From: Prorocentrum cordatum
Taxonomy: Eukaryota
Direction of reading: 5' to 3'
DNA length: 64,000 nt
NCBI GenBank assembly: GCA_963575745.1
Contig: CAUYUJ010000147.1
Span: 1 to 64,000, forward strand
Shown: piece after piece, positions 27,242 to 40,113 of the stretch
Numbering within the stretch: the first letter of the stretch is position 1
Layout: every line of letters begins with the position of its first letter
Notes under the pieces: model-generated
The model's database searches: none
Told to the model about the DNA's origin: nothing
What the model saw: only the letters and a program-made list of their open reading frames with translations
Made by a program: the position numbers and the translations under genes

Positions 27242-30037
27242 GCATGTGCGTGCGTGCGCGTATGTGTGCGTTTGCCTAATGGCATGCATGCGCGCGCGTG
27301 TCGTTGGCCACCGGAGCGCCGCCTCCACATAGCATCTCGTACATCGCCACTTTAAAGCCACCGCGCGCGGCATCGCTCCAACAAAATATCAAACGGGCGC
27401 GGGCCGAGCCCCAGCGACTGCTCGTAGGGGTGGATCGCGGGCTTCTCGCCGCGCGAATCCGCCCTCGACAAGGTCGTAAAAGACCAAGTCCTCCTCCTCC
27501 CTCCTCCCCCTCCTCGTCGTCTTCCTCCCCCTCCTCCCCCTCTTCCCTCCTCCTCCCTCCCTCCTCCTCCCTCCTCTTCCTCCTCCTCCTCCCTCCTCGT
27601 CCTCCTCCTCCTCTTCCCTCCTCCTCGTCTCCTCCTCCTCTCCCCCCCCCCTCCTCTTCCCTTCTTCCTCCTCCCTCCTCTTCCTCCCCCTCCCTCCTCG
27701 CCCCCCTTACTCCTCCCCCTCCCCCCCCCCCTCCCCCCCCTCCTCCTCCCCCTCCTCCTCCTCCAGGCTTAAGGGGCGAACGGCCAGTGGCGCGCGCGGG
27801 GCGTGCATTCCCGACGTCCTGCCGACCTTCTGCTCCCCTTATCATCCTCATCCTTCCTGTCTTCCTTCGCCCAACCCCGAACAGTTGAGCCCTCTTGGGG
27901 GGGGCGCCCCATGCCTCGACCGCACGCCCCCCTTGGACAAAAAACAGCAAGGTGAAACAGAAGCGCAGCATGGGGCCCTCTGCGCTGTTAGTGTTGGTAT
28001 GTTGCTGTTGGTGTTGTTATTGTTGCTGTTGCTGTTGTTGTACGTGGTGTTGTCGATGGTGTTGTTGATGTTAGTGTTGGTGATGGTGGTGGTGTTGTTG
28101 TTGTCGTTGTTGCTGCTGGTGTTGTTGTGATGCGTGTGTTCTTGTGCATGTTGTTGCTGGTCTGGTTGCTTTTGCTTGTGGCGGGAATGCCCACGGCCAA
28201 AAACAGGGTCCTCGGGGACCCAGAGGACCTTCTCCAGGAAGGCTATATAAAAAGTGCCACCTCCGTGGAGGCTTTTGGCCACAGTGGCCATGCGACGGTT
28301 CATCTCCTCGTCTGCATACGCCCAGTCATGCATAGGGTTCCCGTGGACTTCGGCGCGGCGCACCAGGCCCCACGCACTGTGGAACTTAAAGACGCGATGG
28401 CCGCCAAACCGGCGCCATTCCGAAAGAAAACGTTTCATGCTGCGCTGCAGCGCTGAAATGCTTGCTGCCGGCAGTGCGCGGCGGCGCTGCTCGCGCCGCA
28501 TAATGGCGCGCACCTCGTTCAAATGCTTGCGCGCCCTGTGCAAGGCGGCGCCCTGACCACCTAGAAAGTGAGGGTACTCGGAGCACAAAGTCTCCATGAG
28601 CGGGAGCAAGTGGCGAGTCTGTTGCCACTTCAGCTTTTTGATGACCGCAAGCTGCTTGCGGTTACGCATGCGGCGCAGCCTATAAAACGATTTCATGCGT
28701 CTGCGACTTGCGAACAAATTATCGAATCTGCGCTTCTCGAGCGTGGACGTCCTGGGCCTGCTCGCATCGCTCCGACAGCGATGCGGTAGATGGGGTGGGG
28801 GAGATGGGGGAGGAGATCGATGGGGGGGGGACGCGGCCGCCATATGGCAACGCTAGCAGGCCCAGTACTTTCGTGGATCCAGCGAAACGACTGCGCCCCC
28901 GACGAACTGGGAAACACCCAATACCAGAATGTGCATCGCATCGAGATGCACGCAATCGACGGTGAAACCAGGAAATTCAAAAAGAGGTGCGATCACGTTG
29001 ATATGTGAGCTGATGTTTGCGTCGAAGAGATCCAACCAAGCAGGGGGCTCAATGTCAACGAATGCGTGTATATCACGCACACATTCATTCTCTATGAGGC
29101 GGTGTCCCTTTTTCAGCATGAGCTGAGGGAAGTCTTCAATGAGGCACATGCCTCGCCTGGCGCCGTCGGGCTTCATCTTGCGAGCGAGGCGCCACAACAA
29201 TGGTCTTGAACCGACCATGCGGCGGGTCATTACCTTATTGACCTCCTCACGGTATGTGGCAGAAGCGCGCTGCTGCCATCGGCATGGCGCCATTGAACGA
29301 TCGAAATTAAAAAGGTCGGCTTTGATGGACATGCAACAAGAACACGGGTGCTCAATGTTTTGCCAAGTTTAAAAACCAAGGTTTGTGACAATCTCGAGGA
29401 GATCGGCACTGTATTCACACAGTGCCCCACATGCACCACCTGCGAGCTGAAAGCCTCGATGCGCTGACCGCATCTCGTCCAACGGCTCACCGTTGTGATC
29501 GAACGAGGGCCACGCGCCCTTCGAGAGGGTCGTAAAAGACCGCGTTAAAATGCGGTGAACGCAACCGATCGTGCACCATCCTTGGCAACCGCACGCGCAA
29601 AGGTCTCATTTCTTGATCACGCAAATCAGAAAACGCTTACCTGGCATCAGGTGGCAGGGGTAATAATAACAGATGAACGAGTCTGTTTTTGAAAAAGGGA
29701 CTCCATCTGAGCACAGCGCGAGAGGGCACGAAAGGAGACCGCGCCCCAAGGTTACGGGGCGAGATTCAAAATTCAAAGGAAGGACGCCGCGATTATCTCC
29801 ATTGATGTCGAAAACCGACGGGTCTCGCCCATGCAACAGAGAAGAATGTTCGCGCGGTAACATGAACGGAAAATCAATCATCCCCCGACTTTGCAGATCG
29901 GCATTCCAGAAAGGCACTTTCGCGAAGTACAGAAGATTGCGCACTGACGCCGCCCCGCCGGCATGTCGAAGGCGCTCTGCGCAGTGGGTTCCGCCAGGGG
30001 GCTTTGCCAAGTCACTCGCTCCAGTGGCGCCTGGGAC

Positions 30038-30263
30038 GTGCTCCAAAATGGCTCTGCGGAAGCACGTCGCCCCCATCTCTTCTCGAACGGGGGCGGGGTT
30101 AGCTAAGGGGCCCCTGGGGGGGGGGGGTGCGGCGGAGGAGACGAGGCCGAAAGGTGTAGGGGGGCACATGAGGAGGCGGAGGAGGAGGAGGTGAGGCCCA
30201 TGAGGGGGAGGGCGGGGAACTTGGAAACAGCGCGCTTCCGCTGACCATTTTGGACCACCCAGC
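30038..30263. mobile_element. Small TIR-bearing insertion in the transposase (frame-preserving)
   Basis: TCCAAAATGG..GCGGAAGC (30042-30063) is inverted relative to GCTTCCGC..CCATTTTGGA (30234-30254). A degenerate direct repeat GCGCC(T/A)GG(G/A)AC lies at 30027 and 30264, 237 bp apart. Confidence 0.65.
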
Positions 30264-30369
30264 GCGCCAGGAACAGCGGCATGAAACCTCAGCACACAGA
30301 CGTGCGCGGCTGTCATCAGCCCGTTCTTGTGCTTCTGCAGCAAATGCGAGCGCAAGCCAGCGCCGCCGT

Positions 30370-30580
30370 CCTCCAGCGCGCCAGGGCCGCGCGCAGGTCC
30401 AGGCCCGTCTCCAGCGCGGGGCGCCTCCAGCTGGCCTCCAGGGCCGCGCGCAGGCCCAGGCACGTCTCCAGCGCGGGGCGCCTCCAGGTGGCCTCCGGGG
30501 CCGCGCGCAGGTCCAGACCTGCCTCCAGCGCCGGGCGCCTCGAGCCGTCCTCCAGGGCCGCGCGCAGGTCCAGGCCTGCC
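30370..30580 (-). repeat. 57-bp (19-aa, GPARGPGGxLEAPxAG) minisatellite in the transposase N-terminus
   Basis: About 3.5 tandem units are visible in both the DNA and ORF 29606..30742. Confidence 0.85.
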
Positions 30581-31349
30581 CCCAAACGCAATGAGCGCCG
30601 CCGCGGCAGCTCTCGACATCCTCCGAAAGAACGCGTGAACGTCCACAAAAGCTCGATGTGAACTTCTACGGATGGCGTTTGCTCCAGCCGTGGCTTTCGG
30701 ATTTATCTCGGCCCCTGGGTAACCAACGCAACACCAGACCAAACCACCGCATCATTCAACATTGCCCCTGGGGTCCGAAGCTAGCCCCTAGGAAACGCGT
30801 CACGATGCGCCGCCCCGTGGAGGACCTCGAACAGGAGCCACGTTCGTTCGTTTGCTGACTGTTTGTCGCTATGCGCGCGATGTCCTGACCCTTTTCCTCG
30901 TTGCCCTTCTCCTTCGCATTCCCATCCTCCTCATCCTCCTCATCGCCCTCTTCCTTCTCATCCTCATCCTAATCCTTCTCCCCCTCATCCTCTTCCTCCT
31001 CATCCTCATCCCAATCACTCTCCTTCTCCTACTCATCCTTGGCATCATTATCCCCATCCTCATCCTCCTTCCTCATCCTCATCATCCTCATCATCATCCT
31101 CATCGGCCTCCCTCTCCTCCTCGTCCGCATCCTCCGCATCCTCATCCGCATCCTCGTCATCATCCTTCCCCCCCTCATCCTCAGCATCCTTATCATCGTC
31201 CTCATCCTCCTCCCTCTCCTCCTCCTTCTGCGTATCCTCATCTTCCTTCCTCTCCTCATTCCCAGTATCCTCATCAGTGTCCTCTCTCATCATCATCCTC
31301 ATCATCCCTCTGCTACTCATCCTCCACATCACTCTCCTCATCCGCATCC

Positions 31350-34300
31350 TCGCGGGCCTTCGGACTGGGATCCCTGCCCAAGCGTATCGCGCGAGGATCT
31401 GAGCGCGAACTCTGTTGTCATCATCTTCGCTGGCGCCTTTTCCAGCGACGCCGTCTTGGAACTCGCGGTCCGCACCGAAGTTGACAGAATGCACACGCAC
31501 ACACGGAGGCACACGATCAATCTATATTCCCTCGGGACAGGTCCCGCTCAAACTTGACTAAACAACCTCAGTCGAACATTCAGACCTCATTCAAACCTTG
31601 AACATCGAACGAGCGATTGTTTCGACTGCCTCGCAGCGCAGCCGCCTGCGCTGCGCAGCTCGAGCGCGAGGCGCAGCCCCGCGGCCCCGCGCGCCGCGCA
31701 CGCCATCCCTCGCAAATCAACCTCAATCTAGCTATTAACGACGCCCGCGTCGGCCATCGACACCGACTGCTGCGCGGGGGGGGTGAGCTCGTAGAACTTC
31801 TTGGCCTTGAGGCCAATCGGTTCTTCGAAGGGTGGAGTTGGGCAGCTAACCTCCCAGGAGCGGGCTCGACCCCCTGGAAGGCGCGAGGAGGAGGGGGGGG
31901 GGACCGGGGGGGGGGGGGGGGGGGGGGGGGGTAGGAGGAGGAGGAGATACGGAAGGAAGGAGACGAGGAGGAGGGGGGGGGATGAAAAAGAGGAAACGAG
32001 GAGGAGGAGAGGAAGGAGGAGGAGGTAAATTCCCCATCCCCTCCTCATCCTCCCTCCTTTCATCCTTCCTTGGGGCCCTCCCCTCCTCCTGCCTCCCCTA
32101 CTTCTCCTCCTCCTCCTCCTCCTCCTCCTTCCTCCTCCTCCTCCTCGTTCTCATCTCCATCTTCCTCTCCCTCATTCTCCCCCTCCTCCTCGCCCTCATC
32201 ACCACTACCTCTCTATTCCTGATCCATCCTATCCTCCATGGCCCTCCTCATCGCCCTTCCTCCAGCCTCGTTGATCATGTTCAGGCACTCGGGGTAGGAG
32301 TAGTTCGCCTCGTCGCTCCTCGAGGAGCGAGGGTGGGCCAGAGGGGTGCGGCATCGCCATCCCCTCAGCGAGCCGATGAGGGATGCGCAGGCGCTCATCT
32401 CTCGCGGGCTCGCCAAGGCGATGGATGCGCCGAGCCCTCATCCCCATCATCGTTCCCAGGCTCCGACTCTGCGCGTGCAGCATCAGCGCCTGCTGCACCT
32501 CCTCCACGCAGTGCGAGTGCTGCACCAGCTGGCCGGCCCACGGGGTCAGCCACGGCACCTTGGCCACCTGGTTGCCCAAGCGCGAGCGGGTCCTCGATAT
32601 GTCGGCCAAGCCTCTAGGGAGCGAAATCGGCTTCGCTAAGCAGAGGCTTGACATACATATCAAGTATCTGTCTGCACTCTTGAGTCTGCCCTCGCACGCC
32701 CCAGCCCGAGAGGTGCGCGAAGAGGTTCGCAGCCGTTCCGAGGTTCTCCGAGGCCGTCTGGCCGACGTCGATCCCGTTCGAGCTCGCAGCAGCACCGGAT
32801 GCTGGCTCATCCTGGGGGGGGGGGGGGGTCTCTTCCGCGCCCTCCTCCGCCTCCCCTTCCTCCTCCTCCTCCTCCTCCTCCTCCTCCTCCTCCTCCCCTC
32901 CTCCTCCTCCCCTCCCTTCCTCCCTCCACCTCCTCCTCTCCTCCACTCTCCTCCTCCTCCTCCTCCTCCTCTTCCTTTCCCTCCTCTCCTCCTCCCCCCC
33001 CTCCTCCTCCTCCTTCCCTCCTCCTCCTCCTCCTCCTCTTGCCCCCCCATCATCTCTCGTCGGTTCTCCTCCTCATCCTCCTCCTGATCCTCCTCCTCCT
33101 CCCTCCTTCTCCTCCTCCTCCTCCTCCTCTGTTCCTCAATGGTTTCGCTCTTGCTCATTCCCCATGTCCTCGTCGGCGCTGTTGCTGTAGCTGGGACTCG
33201 CCATCAGAAGCGGGGAGGCACGCGCTGCCTAAGATCACATATGCCCCACCTGCCCTTCACTGTCAGCCTCCCTCTTCGCGATGATAGGGCGCGTCGCGCG
33301 CAGCGTCCCGCCTCGCATCCGCAAAGAGAGCCAACGAAGGTGGTAGAACTTGGGCTCGGTCACAGCCTGCTGGGCGACGCGCTGCTGCGCGGGCTCCAGC
33401 TTCTGACGTTCCGTGCCGAGGCGCGTGCGCATCTCCTGCTCGTGGGCGTGGGCGTTGCTCTCGACCCTCTCCATGCGTTCGTAGACCTCCTCCCCGTGCT
33501 GGCCGTCGACCTCGTGGGGATGGCGCCCCCCCCCCCCCCCCTCCCCCCTACCTCATCATCGATGCGTCCATCGATGATGAGGTTGAGGGAAGAGGCGGAG
33601 GAGGAGGAGGAAGACGAGGAGGAGGAGGAGGTGGAGGAGGAGGAGGAGAGGGGGGAGGAGGAGGAGGCGGAGGAGGAGGAGGAGGATAAGGAAGAGGAGC
33701 AGGAGGAGGAAGAGGTGGAGGAGGAGGAGGAAAGGGAGGAGGAGCTGAAGGCCTCCCCAGGTCATCTTGATCCTCCTCCTCATCTTCATCCTCCTGCTCC
33801 TCTTCCTCCTCCTCCTTCTCTTCCTCATCATCCTTCTCATCCTCATCATATTCTTCCTCCTCGTCCTTCTCATCCTCGTCATATTCCCCCTCGTCCCCCT
33901 TCTCATCTTCCTTCTCTTCCCCCTCATCTTCCTAGCAACCTTCATCGCCCGATCCGCCTTCACGGAGCCGCGCAGGGCCCTGCGCGATGCGATCGTGGCC
34001 TCCGCGCGCGCCAGGGCCCTGAAAGCGGCTTGATACATGGCGCTGCTCGGTCGCCATCCCTTGAACCCATCGTCACCACTCATCCCCCCCATCGTCCCCC
34101 AAAGCCTTCTGATCATCAGCTCTTTCCTGCTCCTCCTCCTCCTCCTCCTCTCCCTCCTCTCCCTCCTCCTCCTCTCCCTCCCCCTCCCCCTCCCCCTCGC
34201 TTCCCCTGCTCCTCCCCATGGCCTCTCTGAGACGGCACTCTGCGGCGATTCCCACTGGAAGCCGAAGAGCGTCATCAACCCATCTTTGGTGTACCAGCGG

Positions 34301-34816
34301 CCCTCGTCGCCGACGTTCTGCGTGAACCCCCTCGCCTCCGCGCGCTCCGTCTCTACGAAGTCGAAGGGCCCTTCGCGTGGGAGCGTGGGGGTGTCCTTCC
34401 TCCGCCTCCCTCATGTTCCTCAACTCCTCCTCCCCTTCCATACCTTCCTCGCCCTCTCCGTTTCCGCACCCTCCTCATTTTCCTCCCACCCTCAGCCCCT
34501 CCTCCTCCCCTCCTCCCTCCTCCTCCTCCTCTCCTCCTCCTCCCCCCCCCCCCCGTATCAGCCTCCCCCCCAATTCCCTCCTCCTCCTCCCTTTCTCCTC
34601 CTCCCCGCTCCCCCATCCTCCCCCCCCCCCCCCTCCCCCCCCTCCTCCTCCTCCTTCTCCTCCTCCTCCTCCTCCCCCTCCCCCATCGAGCCTCCTCCCT
34701 GTTTCGTGAGCGGTCAGCCTGTCTGCTGCCAGCGTTTCAGCCAGCGCTTCTTCTGGGACTGGGAGAGGCGGTCGCACTCCCGGCGCAACGCGTGGCTCTT
34801 CTTCTGGGCGCGGTAG
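31350..34816 (-). pseudogene. Cryptic multi-exon gene B, unknown function, with microsatellite-filled introns
   Basis: Exons 34719-34816, 34223-34370, 33940-34018 and one ending at 33510 join in frame through GC/GC/GT donors and AG|G acceptors: ..KRWLKRWQQTG|PFDFVETERAEARGF..SAVSE R|ALARAEATI..RAMK|VDGQHGEEVYERMERVE. Further exon-like islands at 32260-32810, 31740-31880 and 31350-31480 contain stops or frameshifts. Confidence 0.7.
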
Positions 34817-35527
34817 CTAGGGGGGGAGGGGAACTTAACATGCGATGGAGTAGGATCCTGTGGGCGCGGGCCCAGAACCGCAGGGCCCGCGACCTGCAGG
34901 AGGTCCCAGGGGGGCCCAGGGAGGCCCAGGGGGTCCTGAACGCACCACAGGATCCCACGCCAACGTCGGCGGCCCCCATAGATCGCCCTGCGCCCCGCAA
35001 CCGGGCGAGGGTCTTTGTCCTCGGCCCGCTTGCGTTTGGCAGCGTCGGTGACTCTGCCCGCCTATCGGCGGTCGGTCGCGGGGTGGGGATCCGGAGGGGG
35101 GAAAGGGAAGGGGGGGCGTCGCGTGCGCGCATCCGCCCGCGACTAGCCACCCTTCCCCCCACATGGTATCGGTTCGAACCGTCGGGGCTGCCTTGCCCCG
35201 TGCGTTCTTCTCGCCCCTGCCGCGGCCTTCCGGCGGCATGGCGCCCCGATGCCCGTCACCTCGAGCGATGACCGCGGGCGGGTTCCATGGGGGGCGGGGG
35301 GTGGATGAGGGGGGGGGGGGGGGGGAGGAGGGGGGGGGAGGAAAGGGGGGGGGGGGGGGGGGGCTTATCTTGTTGAGGGTGCGCCGTGCTTGAGTGTGGT
35401 TAATTAGCAAGGAGGTGGGCTGGGAGAATGATGGGTGCGGCGCGCCGACGGAATGCGGGTGGCATTGGCAACATTTCACGAGGTGGGAGACGGCGTCTGG
35501 GGGGCGGGTAGAAGGCAAGGCGCGAAC

Positions 35528-36150
35528 ACATGAAAACACTGGAAAACACTGGAAAACATTGGAAAACACATCGAAAAATATAAAACACCGGAAACACTGG
35601 AAAAACATTGGACACCACTTGGAAAAAAAAAGCTGAAAAACAAACTTGCAAACTGAGAAAAAGCTTAAAACAAAAAATGAAAAACGGGAAAACACATGAA
35701 ACAAATATGAAACACTGGGAAACATAAGAAAACACATGAGAACACGGGATCGGGAAACGTTGAAAAAAAAAACATTGGAAAAAAGTGGAAACATTTGAAA
35801 ACACTTGAAAAAACATGGAAAAAAGAAAAACTGGAAAAAAACTGGAAAACACTATAAAACACTAGAAAACACTCGAAAACAATTGAAAACACTGGGTCTG
35901 GAAACACTGGAAAACACTAGAAAACACTTGAAACAACTGGAAACACTGGAAAACACTAGAAGACACAAGAAAAAATTGAAAACACTGGAAACACTTGGAA
36001 AAAAAAACATTTGGAAACATGGGAAAACACAAGAAAAGGGACACTTGAAACAAAAAATAAAATAAAACATTTGCGAAACTGGAAAAACTGGAAAACACTG
36101 GAAAACACTAGAGAACATTGGAAAACACTGGAAAACACAAGAAAACTAGA
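35528..36150. repeat. ~10-bp satellite (GGAAAACACT)n, degenerate
   Basis: Read directly from the sequence. Confidence 0.9.
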
Positions 36151-36451
36151 GGGCGCTCAAAAAGCTGCGCGTGTTTTCTTTTATCGCGCCCGCGAAACCA
36201 AATTTCTCCGCCCGTGCGCACTTCTCCGCTGCGTAGTCCGCCATCGTACGTCGACGTTGCGCGAATATGTAGGCCCTTTGGCAGATGGTGTAAAGGGCCA
36301 GCACTTTTGCACTGCTTAGTCCGCCACCGAGCTGTTGACATTGCGCGATGGTGTAGGCCCCACCGCCTGCAGGGCAGATTGGCGTGACTTTTGCGCCACG
36401 CGCGCTTCTCCCACCGCCCGTCCTGCCCCGCGCGCGCTACGAGAAATAATA

Positions 36452-36494
36452 ATAGTACTAGTAATGGTAGTAGTAGTAGTGGTACTAGTAGTAC

Positions 36495-36533
<39 letters not shown>

Positions 36534-36567
36534 AAGTAGTAGTAGTAGCAGTAGCAGTAGCAGTAGC

Positions 36568-36602
<35 letters not shown>

Positions 36603-36606
36603 AAGT

Positions 36607-36649
<43 letters not shown>

Positions 36650-36650
36650 A

Positions 36651-36709
<59 letters not shown>

Positions 36710-36746
36710 GACTATACTACTACTACTACCACTACTACTACTACTG

Positions 36747-36785
<39 letters not shown>

Positions 36786-36871
36786 TATCACTTACTACTA
36801 CACTTACTACTTACTACTATAAACACTGACTACTACTGCTACGACTACTATTACTACTGCTACGACTCGCG

Positions 36872-36951
<80 letters not shown>
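36452..36951. repeat. (TAG)n followed directly by (TAC)n: an inverted microsatellite
   Basis: The strand switch occurs at ~36601-36607. Confidence 0.9.
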
Positions 36952-36952
<1 letters not shown>

Positions 36953-37951
36953 TTCTAGACGCTTCGCGTATCCCCACCAGCCCGTCCAGAAATGAGCCCC
37001 AGGGGAGTGGAGGTGATGAGGGAAGCGGGGGAGCATGCAGAAGAACAAAGAGCGGGTTGAGCCGCCATACGCCCCAAGTGGGGGAGGATGTAGGAGGAGT
37101 CGTCGTCGTCGGAGTAGGAGGAGGAAGACGAGGAGCAGGAGGAGGAGCAGGAGGAGGAGGGGGAGGAGGCGGAGGAGGAGGAGGAGGAGGAAGATGAGGA
37201 GGAGGAGATGGAGGAGGGCGAGGACGAGGAGGACGAGAAGGAGGAGGAGGAGGAGGAGAAGGAGGAGGCGGAGGAGGGGGAGGGGGAGGAGGGAGGAGGA
37301 AGAAAAAGAGGAGGAGGAGGAGGACAATGGCGAGCTTGGGGGCCTCTTGGGCCGTCTTTGGGGCCTCTTGGCGGTCCCGGGGGCCTCTTGCGTATCTCGG
37401 GGAGCCTCTTGTGGCCTCTTGGGGGTCTCTTGGGGGCCTCTTGGAGGCCTCTTGGGGGCCTCTTGGGGCCTCTTGGGGCTCTCTTGGGGCGCTCTTGGGG
37501 CGCTATTGGGAGCTTTCGAGGCGCTCTTGGGGCCATCTTGGAGGAGATCTATCAAAGAAGGGGGGGTCCTCAATTAGCGCTGCCCCTCTAGAGTGCCTCG
37601 AATCGCTTCTTGGGCCCTTCTTTAGGCCAAAATCTTTCCAAAACCTAGGTAAAATCAATGTTTTGTGTTTTCTCGCCTTTTCGCTCTTAGAGCCGTCTTG
37701 AGCCGTCTTGGGAGCCTCTTGGGCCTCTTGGAGGTCTCTTGGGAGCCTTTTGGAGGCCTCTTGGGCGCCTCTTGGGGCCTCTTGGGGCGCTCTTGGGGCG
37801 CTCTTGGGAGCCTTCGGGGCGCTCTTGGGGCCATCTTGGAGGAGATCGATCAAAAAAGAGGGGGTCCCCAATTAGCGTTGCCCCTCTAGAGTGCCTCGAG
37901 TCGCCTCTTGGGCCCCCCAAGAGGCCAAAATCCTTCCAAAACCTAGGTAAA

Positions 37952-40113
37952 ATCCGCCGACCCCTTGTGGGTCCCTAGGCGTGTGAGATAGTTCCCCCCC
38001 CTACAGTCCCCCCAGGGACCCCAAACTGGCGATTTGACCCCCCCCCCCATGGCCCCGCCCGAGCGACTCACGGAGCTTCTTTGGGCTCAAAAGTCTCTCA
38101 AGGCGGCCCAAGAAGGCCCCAAGACTCCTCCAAGACGGCCCACGAGGGCCCCGAGACGCCAAACGAACGCTCCAAGGCGCCCAAGATGGCCCCAAGACGG
38201 GCCAAGAGGCCTCCAAGACGGCCCATGAGGCCTCCAAGAGCAGTTCTCAGAAGGGCCGAAGAGCCGAAAATCTTCAAATTCCTATGGAAAACGTACATGT
38301 TGATCATATACGGCTTCTCGGCCTTCACGGCGTTGAACACGGTCCAAGAGCACCCCAAGACCGCCCCAAGACGGCCCAAGAGGCCCCCAACACGCGCCCA
38401 TGTCCGCCCAAGAGGGCGCCAAGACAGCCCAAGAGGCCCCCAGGACGGCCCAAGAGAGCCCCAAGACGGCCCCAAGAGGGGCCCAAGAGAGGGAGCCCGA
38501 ACTGACATCCCGAGCCTTCCGCCCCGAGACGGCCCTAAAAGGCCCCGAGAGGCCCCAAGAGGCCCCCAAGACGCCCCAAGAGGCCCCCCAAGAGGCCCCA
38601 GAACGGCCCCCAAGAGGCTTCGAAACTGCCTCCAAGAGTCCCGCGAGAAGCACCACCAGAGATCCCAGCGATCATCGCACAAGCGGGATTCGCGCTCCCG
38701 AGGCGAAGAATTCCAAAACCATGACCCAGAACATTTCCTCCGCGTCCCCCTCCTCCCCCCCCTCACCCGCCTTGTCCACGTCGGCCCCCCAGTGGCGTCA
38801 AAACTGCTTTCCAGAGGCCCCCGAAAGGAGTGCCGCGAAATTCCGATACACATACAAGAACCTCTCACCCAAAAACCATAACCCAGAGCCTCCTCTCAGT
38901 GTCCCCCTCATCCTCCTCCTCAACCACCCTCTCCTCGTCCCCCTCCTCCTCGTCCCCCTCCTCTTGTTCATGGCCCGTCACCTCGACACGTTCGATGATT
39001 CTCCCCTGTGTCCTCCGCCTCACCCCCCATTCTCCTGTCCGCGTTCTCCTTTTTCCTCAGCGCGCGCGCCCGATTCGGCATCATTTGCAGGTCTTGCACT
39101 TCAGAGTTTTTTTTTTTGCGTCGCGCGGGACATTGTGAGGGTCGGGGAACGCCGACTTCGGTAGTCTTCTCTTGCACGCGCCGCTGCACTGATACGCCTG
39201 GCAACTGCGGGCTGTGAACCCGAGTGCCGCGCAGCTTCCGCACACCACCTTTTTTTGATTCGACCATCGATGATGTTCTTTTTGGCTCTGCCTCAATTGT
39301 TTCGTGTCTGAGAACGCTCCTCCGCACGCCGCGCACGTCAGCGGCTTCGCTTCCGCCTCGGCTCTCCGTTTCCTATTATTGGACTCAAGCGTCGTCCTCT
39401 GACGTTCTTCCGCGCATTTCCGACAAGACGGCACCAAGAGGGGCCCAAGAGGGCAACCAAAAATTCAAAAATCTAGCTTCCCGCCCCCACGAGCCCCAGG
39501 GGGCCCCAAGAGTGCCACAAGAGGCCGCCAGAGGCCCCCAAGAGGCCGCCAAGACGCCCCAAGGAGCCCCCAAGAGGCCCCCAGGAGGCCTCCAAAAGAC
39601 CACCAGACGCTTCCGCATTGCGAGCCGTCAAGCCAACTGCAATGCACTCCGCGCATGCAGCCTTGCTCTTCCTCGCGACGTGCTCACAATCTTGCTCGGC
39701 GCTGTGCTACGCGACGCGCTGCTGCTACGCGAACTGTTTCGTGCGCGCTGCGAACGTCAACAGCCTCTTCACCCGTTTCGACTCATCTGCCACATCTTTC
39801 GCGGTGATGCTTCGCTGATCACAGCTTCCGCACGCTACTCTTGCTCCTTTCGTCTTCCGGTGCTCCTCCACTTGGTTGAGGGGCGAGAGGCCGACCTCCC
39901 AGAAGGACACCCCGCACCCGGGTGCACAGCTCGCAAAGCGCTCGCAAAACACGCCCCAGACCACCGGCATCACGCAAACATGTGGACCCCCTACGTATCT
40001 GCCACCACCCGCGCGCGACACCGCACCCTCACACAAGACGCCGCTGGCCAGAAACTCCTGGCCTCGCAACAGTCACAGAAGGGGTCGGCGGATGTGGCGT
40101 AAGCCTGTAGAAT
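37952..40113 (+). mobile_element. Helentron/Helitron2-like non-autonomous element, family B, nested in family A
   Basis: Perfect 15-bp asymmetric IR ATCCGCCGACCCCTT (37952-37966) / AAGGGGTCGGCGGAT (40079-40093), then hairpin GGC-GTAA-GCC and TGTAGAAT. The host repeat unit resumes after 40113. Confidence 0.75.
39065..39925 (-). pseudogene. Repeated CxxC zinc-finger-like protein fragment carried inside family B
   Basis: CAACGG..VVCGSCAALGFTAR..CSGACK..CKTCK (39081..39437) and CAPGCG..ACGSCDQ..ACAECIAVGLTAR (39620-39925), split by a CCAAGA-type satellite. Confidence 0.6.

Larger units (their letters stand above)
28215..30640 (-). pseudogene. Decayed CMC (EnSpm/CACTA-like) DDE transposase
   Basis: PLALCSDGVPF (first D), DLCACGCQGWCT, VHLDAMHILVLGVSQ (DxxH motif) and KFHSAWGL...HGNPMHDWAYADEEMN (KxH..GxP..E motif), spread over ORFs 29606..30742, 28853..29332 and 27848..28843. 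Confidence 0.8.
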
